A DNA stretch of 64,000 nt, from NCBI GenBank assembly GCA_951406725.2, contig OX597828.1, forward strand, positions 16,120,001-16,184,000, written 5' to 3'. The DNA is from Octopus vulgaris. Lineage: Eukaryota. A program made the translations under genes and the position numbers. The notes below the pieces were generated by a model. The model saw nothing but the letters and a program-made list of their open reading frames with translations. It was not told where the DNA came from and did not search any database. This document shows positions 56,912 to 64,000 of this stretch, in pieces (position 1 is the stretch's first letter; every line of letters starts with the position of its first letter).

Positions 56912-57290
56912 TTTCTAATATTGGCACAAGGTCAGAGATTTTGAAGGGAGGGGCATGTCGATTATATCGACCCTAGTACCTGTCTGGTACTTATTTTATC
57001 ACTCCCGAAAGGATTAACGGCTAAGTCGACCTCGGCGGAATTTGAATTCAGAACGTAAAGACGGACGAAATGCCGCTAAGCATTTTGCCTGGTGTGCTAA
57101 CGGTTCTGCAAGATCACCGCCTTTTTTTTATTCATCTAATAATAATTATTTTCTAATTTTGGCGCAAGATTCTAAAGAAATGGACATGTCGATTTTATCG
57201 TTCCCAGTAATTAACTGGTACTTGTTTTATCGCCCCCTCAAGGATTAAAGACAAAGTTGATTGCAACGGAATTTGAACTCGCAACGTATA
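56912..57290 (-). mobile_element. Two SINE family D copies (one full, one partial)
   Basis: gtcgacctcggcggaatttgaa and a degenerate repeat of it. Confidence 0.75.
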
Positions 57291-57539
57291 TATTCTTCGA
57301 AAATCCATTTTACTAAACTACCTTTTGCTAATTCTTTCCAAGAAATAATTTTTATTTTGTGTTATTTTTGCCTAAAATTAAATCATAGTTTAATAATGTC
57401 GAGTTAACTTTGGTATTAAATATGAACTACTGTATAAAAGGAAATACTCTAAACATCTACCAAACGTTTCTTAAATTTCTCAAATTACCCATATTCTATT
57501 CATTATTATTTTTTATCATTTATCTTTCATCATTATTTT

Positions 57540-57740
57540 TCACTTGTTTCAATCATTGGGCTGCGTTCATACTGAAAGGGTGTAGCCTTGAAAGGGTGTA
57601 GCAGGAGAAAATTGATGTCAGCACCTACTTTTAAAGTCTGGTACTTATCTTATCGACGACTTTTGAAGAACCGCTAAGATACAGGGGATGAGAGTACAGC
57701 ATTACCGGTTTCACGTTGTGGCGGACAACAAACACTAACA
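57540..57740 (-). mobile_element. Degenerate SINE family A 3' module
   Basis: cttgtttcaatcatt...gtacttatcttatcg...gaaccgctaag. Confidence 0.55.
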
Positions 57741-57764
57741 CACACACACACATACATATGTGTT

Positions 57765-57823
<59 letters not shown>

Positions 57824-58298
57824 TGGTGTGTGCGAGATAGTCGATATATAAAGGCACCTACCTTCTCTTCGCTCTGATAGAGACCCTTCAATTGTAACGG
57901 ATCCTTCATCACAGCCCCTGACCCGAACGCTAAAGATAGCAGCTGCTTCACCCAACCTTAGCAACGTCTTCACACGTCTTAACACCTCGACGACCCTCGT
58001 TGGAAAGGCCGAAATCCCCACTCCCTGCGCACGCCTCACGGTTTCCCCTTCCGGTTGCCCCAACTTCCGGTCAACGCACCCAGCTGCTGACGTCATCCCC
58101 CCCCCACACATATATATATATATAAATAATGAGGGAGATAAATTGAATATTAATTTAATTAATATCAATTTAAAACCAGTAGCCTAGCATACAAAAATCT
58201 GAAAAATACATGTGTATATTTGAAGGGAAAACCATTAGGTGGTCGGCCGTATGCTAGAAGTGGATATATATATAGAGAGAGAGGGAAAGAGAGAGGGC

Positions 58299-58354
<56 letters not shown>

Positions 58355-58830
58355 GATGAGAATTCAGATACGATCAAATACTTGAAAAGGTATGCACCAT
58401 GTAGGGTTGGGAAAACTCTGTGGTTCCGGCCTATGGTTGGTGAGGGTCGAAATAGCGGACTAGATATTTCGGTTGTGCATTCAGAGAAAACCAATCCTAT
58501 GAATATTTAACGCATAAGAGGCTGCTCCAAATTACGCGTTACTTTGAGCAGTACATTGTTGGTATACTCCTTGGGTGTCCGACAAGCCGTAAATTCCCTA
58601 AGCGTATTATAATCAAATGAATAATAGCATACGATGGATAATTATCAGCGTATTAGAACTATTTCTTACGTAACTTTTAATAGCAGAATGAGGACATGAC
58701 ACCATTAGAAAAGACTGTAGCCATAAGATGAGAAGTAATTTTATAAAACAACAGAAAAAAATCCAAGAATACAGCAGGGATCTGTCTGTCAAGGCCAACC
58801 GTGAATGGATGAATAACCTACTATCTATTT

Positions 58831-58914
58831 CTCATCTGATGATTACGGTCTTTTATAATGATGTAATGTTTTCATTCTTCTATTAGAAGTTATGTAAGAA
58901 ACAGCTGTAATGAG
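58831..58914 (+). ncRNA. Canonical minimal type-I hammerhead ribozyme motif
   Basis: Stem I ctcat/atgag; CTGATGA; stem II ttac/gtaa; GAAA; palindromic CAGCTG; GTA cleavage triplet. Confidence 0.8.
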
Positions 58915-58967
58915 CTGACAATTATCCAGTTATCCACCATATATTATTATTCATTTGATTATAAAAG

Positions 58968-58998
<31 letters not shown>

Positions 58999-59023
58999 CT
59001 TCTTCTTCTTCTTCTTCTTCTTC

Positions 59024-59075
<52 letters not shown>

Positions 59076-59266
59076 ATATCATTATTAATATCAGGAAATC
59101 AATAATAGACAATTCTTCAGAAAGATATATTCGTGTGTGAATCATAATTGGTGTATTAAAAATATAAATATGTATATAAAATATATGTAAATATGTATAA
59201 GTATAAATATATAATATATAATGTATAAATATATAATGTATAAGTTTTGAATTAAGTATCTAAAGC

Positions 59267-59354
59267 ATCTTACGATCGTTTCACGGAAATGCTGTCCCTA
59301 TAATGGAATACTACATTGACAAGCATTTAGACAACTCTTCTGCTCTTCAAAGAT
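59267..59354 (-). ncRNA. Hammerhead motif with TTGAAGA core
   Basis: Stem I atct/agat; TTGAAGA; long stem II (aaatgc.tgtc/gacagcattt); GAAA-CGATCG-TA. Confidence 0.65.
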
Positions 59355-59381
59355 ATAAAATTTGAATTTTGTATAACACCC

Positions 59382-59444
<63 letters not shown>

Positions 59445-59445
59445 G

Positions 59446-59482
<37 letters not shown>

Positions 59483-59818
59483 AATATTATTAGGAATAAA
59501 TCTAAATTTACAGGGAAAAAATCAGATTTAGGATTAAATCCAATTTTATAGTAAAATATTATATAATATTAATTCGAGACAATATATATATATGTATCTG
59601 TGTGTTTGTGTCTGTATGTGTGATTCAAAGGTGTATTAGTTTGTTGTTCTCTCACCTGTCTGTCTTTTTTTTTTTGTACAGTTTTCAGCTATATAAAAAA
59701 AATGCTCGCGTGGTCACAGTTTGATTCTGCCTGACTGAAATTCCTCATCTCCTGGACCCTCATCTCGTTTCCTACATTCTCCTCAGATTCTTCCATCAGG
59801 GATCTTATACCGTCGTTG

Positions 59819-59890
<72 letters not shown>

Positions 59891-59915
59891 GTCTGTCTGT
59901 CTGTCTGTCTGTCTG

Positions 59916-59949
<34 letters not shown>

Positions 59950-60002
59950 GTCTGTCTGCTGTCTGTCTATCTATCTATATTATGTATGTATGTATGTATC
60001 TT

Positions 60003-60569
<567 letters not shown>

Positions 60570-60572
<3 letters not shown>

Positions 60573-60755
60573 CAAATTCACAGGAAACAAAAGACGAAGA
60601 CAAGTGATGGAACACCAAGCAGGTGTATTATTTTGACGCTCGGGAAGAATGGAAAAGTCTCTGGCGTTTCGAGCCTACGCTCTTCGACAGAGAGGATTGG
60701 GAGGAAAAGAAATGGAGAACGAAAACAAACGGAGATAGAAAAATGTGCAGGGATC
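60570..60755 (-). mobile_element. Short dispersed element with variant hammerhead (60659-60694)
   Basis: ctct-CTGTCGA-a-gagc-gtag-gctc-GAAA-CG-CC-agag. Confidence 0.7.
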
Positions 60756-60773
60756 TGTGTGTGTGTGTATGTA

Positions 60774-60804
<31 letters not shown>

Positions 60805-60834
60805 GTGTGTGTGTGTGAGTGGGTGCGTATATAC

Positions 60835-61002
60835 TCACGACGAGTTTCTTTCAGTTTCATTCTACCAAATCGACTCATACGGTTTTGATTTCTCTTGGTG
60901 CTATAGTAGAAGACATTTGCTCAAGGTGTCGCACCATAATAGCGAACTCAAGACCATGTGGTTGTGAAGCAATCTTGTCAAGTTTACAGTTACTCCTGCG
61001 TC
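60835..61002 (-). mobile_element. SINE family A head
   Basis: Matches 25780-25941. Confidence 0.7.
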
Positions 61003-61332
61003 TATGAACTTTATTTATTAGCAATAGTAATATTGCATAGATTTTCATTTTAACTTTATTAAATTAATAAAAAAAAAAATACATGACAAACGACTAAGTT
61101 CAGCTTCGTAGTATCATCTTTTCTCTGGCCGCCATTTTAATTTCACTGTTACAGACATACGAATACGTGTTCAAATTTCCCAAAAATAATGACCGGTATT
61201 TTGTAAAATGTCAGAATGCTTCACATATTTTAAATGTATTTTTGAAACACCCAACATTCTCAAACTCATGCATAATGTCTGCAACGAAACTGAAACCGAA
61301 TTTGGTTGTCTTGTTCTTGTTCTTGTTGTTGC

Positions 61333-61563
61333 TCTTCTTCTTCTTCTTCTTCTTCTTCTTCTTCTTCTTCTTCTTCTTCTTCTTCTTCTTCTTCTTCTTC
61401 TTCTTCTTCTCCTCCTCCTCCTCCTTTTTTCTTCTTCTTCTTCTTCATCATCTTCTTCTTCTTCTTCTTCTTCTTCTTCTTCCTCATCATCATCATCTTC
61501 TTCTTCTTCTTCTTCTTCTTCTTCTTCTTCTTCTTCTTCTTCTTCTTCTTCTTCTTCTTCTTC
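61333..61563. repeat. (TTC)n microsatellite
   Basis: Read directly. Confidence 0.95.
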
Positions 61564-61676
61564 GTTTTGAGTGGAGTTCTCTAGTAACTAACGATATTTT
61601 TTGATTTACTTAATAGCAAAAAAAAAAAAAAAAAATTCTGGCCTTTTTACTTATTTCTTAAAATGTTCGTCTATTT

Positions 61677-61933
61677 CAGTATTTCTCAACCACTTTTTCT
61701 TTTATGCATGGAACCCTTTAGACACCTATTTTCCTCTACAAGATCTTCATAGTAATTCGATGTTTTAAAAAAATCTCATTATATTTTTATAATTAAATAT
61801 TATCAGGAATTGTATAAAACGTTGTTAAAATATTTTGTGACTTGTAGAAGTATAACTAGTTTATTGGACATGAATTTTGAACTCTTATATAGACTCCCAG
61901 GAGGCATACGAAACCCCTCCCGATAATCACTGG
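61677..61933. mobile_element. Possible degenerate hAT-type MITE
   Basis: Ends cagtatttctcaacc / gataatcactg; weak match. Confidence 0.35.
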
Positions 61934-62906
61934 TCTGTTTTTCTAGTAACAGAAGCGCTTCTACAAATCTAATTTTTTCCACTGTAACATGCCATAACAG
62001 TGAGACATGAGGGTTGCCTTCATAATAGTGAGACAAGAGAATTGCCTGCACCGGCCATCTTATTCGGATAAGTGTGTAATTCAAGTTCTTTGAATTCCGT
62101 ATTCTTTCTAAAAAATAACAACCGACAGTTAAACTTAAGTCTTAGCTAATAACACCTGCGTTAAAAGAATACGAAGAATTGGCGTTATGTACTCCATTTT
62201 TCTATAGAATTCTGATACCAAAACACCTATCCCAAGCAACATCAATACTTTTTTTCTCAATTTCTCACACACGAAAGATGAGTAGTGAAACTGCAGACTC
62301 AGTACACCACAAGGCAAACGAACTTATTGAACTATCATATCGATTTTCACCCTCCCTCCGTTGACTAATTCTTGCCAGCACACACCATCACTAACTTCCA
62401 AGTATTTCCGCTTATTACTCTCTTCCATATAACGTCATGCTCAGAAAAGGACTGACTTTGATTTATCTAGTAGCACTTATTTAACTCGTTCATTAACACT
62501 TAGTTAATGATGATATTTCTTGTAAAATTAATGAAATATTTCAATTTAGACAATAGTCAATGATTAGCACTTAAAATCGATCATACGTGAGGCAGCAGAT
62601 CAGACCATAATCTTTATACATGGAATGCCTTAATAATTAAGTAACAAGCGCCACTCGTTTGAGCGAGAGAGAGAGAAGCAGAGAGGAAGGTGAGTGGGAA
62701 AGAGAGAGTGAGAGAGTGAAGAAGCGAGAGATAGAGAGAAACGGAGATAGGAAGAGAGCGTGGGAGGTACCATCAAGAGGCATTTTGATTATAAATGCAA
62801 TAATGAGATACTATTTAACAAGATAAACTGGCTTGGTCAATTTTACTTTGTCGATCTCCTCCGTTTACTTGACTCGGAGTGAAAACAACTTTTGAAAACT
62901 GAATTC

Positions 62907-62938
<32 letters not shown>

Positions 62939-62943
62939 TGATG

Positions 62944-63036
<93 letters not shown>

Positions 63037-63064
63037 GTAATAATAATAATAATAATAATAATAG

Positions 63065-63612
63065 ATGCAGTACCAGGCAGTGGCTCTCATGGCTTCTGAT
63101 CTTAACTGATTGGAAGTGTTAAGATGTACATTGTTTTGTCTTGGTATAAAAGATGGGCCACAGTAAATATTCTGCTCAATACCACAGATTTGCTTGTCAG
63201 TTGTTTGACCTTACCCAGTTGAGCATGTCCCTTAGTGGCTGACGATATGTGCATCTCTGATCACGAGCAGAAGTAGTGGGGGAGCATCATGGCCATGTGT
63301 TGAGGGGGATTCTTTGGGGTTTGAATAATTCACCTCTGGAAACATGGGTGGTTCTTTCAACATCCTTAAACAACCCTTATTCAGGGACCTTTTGAGCAGG
63401 ATGGGCTACTCAACCTGAAGGAAATTCTAACTGGGCCCCACCTGCAAGGTCATGTGCTGTTTATTTTGATATGAGATCACCATGTCGCGCACATATGGTT
63501 GTGATGCATGTGCCTGGTGTACCTTTATCAGACGGGTAGTCATGATGGGTATATTGGGCTTCGTATATTTTACCCCAGTGTCACTTTGATGGCATGAACT
63601 GCTCTCTCACTC
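63065..63612 (+). mobile_element. ~550-bp (TAA)n-associated element, full length
   Basis: Reference copy; (TAA)n on both sides. Confidence 0.92.
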
Positions 63613-63665
63613 AATAATAATAATGATAATAATAATAATAATAATAAATAATAATGATAATAATA

Positions 63666-63950
63666 GCCACTGCGTGACGAGATAGAAAGGTTATGGGGGC
63701 ATGGGAAAAGTAATGGGGATACCAGTGGTAATTGGAGCATTAGGAGCAGTTTCCAAGAGTTTTGAAAAACATACTAAGAATATTGGAGCTGCTGTCAGGC
63801 TCGAAGTGATCCAGAAGATAGCATTGTTGGGTACAGCTCGCATTCTAAGGAGTCACAGGGGAAGGCACTACTTGAAACCGTTGGTTGTTTGTTATTGACT
63901 GCTTTCAAGTAAAGAACAACCGGTAATTAAGAACTATCCGAGAGTTTTTA
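63666..63950 (+). mobile_element. 3' end of an R4/Dong-like LINE
   Basis: IPVVIGALG...IQKIALLGTARILR; flanked by (TAA)n. Confidence 0.85.
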
Positions 63951-63955
63951 TAATG

Positions 63956-64000
<45 letters not shown>

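Noticed and set aside
57930-57980. Degenerate hammerhead-like strings here and at 59753-59805
   Set aside because: Multiple core mismatches and poor stems.
63239-63275. CTGACGA within the 550-bp element as a hammerhead core
   Set aside because: No stem II-GAAA-NUH arrangement; I also could not fit an HDV-like fold by eye.

Overview
Eukaryotic, AT-rich, microsatellite-saturated DNA. The repeat families suggest an octopus-like cephalopod genome (inference from recalled families, not a database search). I cannot support any host protein-coding gene; most listed ORFs are translated simple repeats. The window is a mosaic of retroelements and DNA transposon relics: (i) four tRNA-headed SINE families (A-D, my labels) with swapped 3' tails; (ii) RT-RLE LINEs of R4/Dong type stacked head-to-tail in (TAA)n tracts, the best copy at 22905-25185 with one frameshift and a SINE insertion carrying a 16-bp TSD; (iii) a ~550-bp non-coding element with no tRNA head, found five times and always in (TAA)n-type tracts, once fused to Dong-like coding sequence; (iv) Penelope-like remnants and about ten minimal type-I hammerhead ribozyme motifs, including a GIY-YIG + tRNA-like promoter + (TAA)n + hammerhead cassette and a recurrent CUGUNGA core variant with stem covariation; (v) mariner and maT-like transposon relics, MITEs and non-autonomous Helitrons; (vi) a degenerate 51-bp array. 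Boundaries of degenerate copies are approximate.
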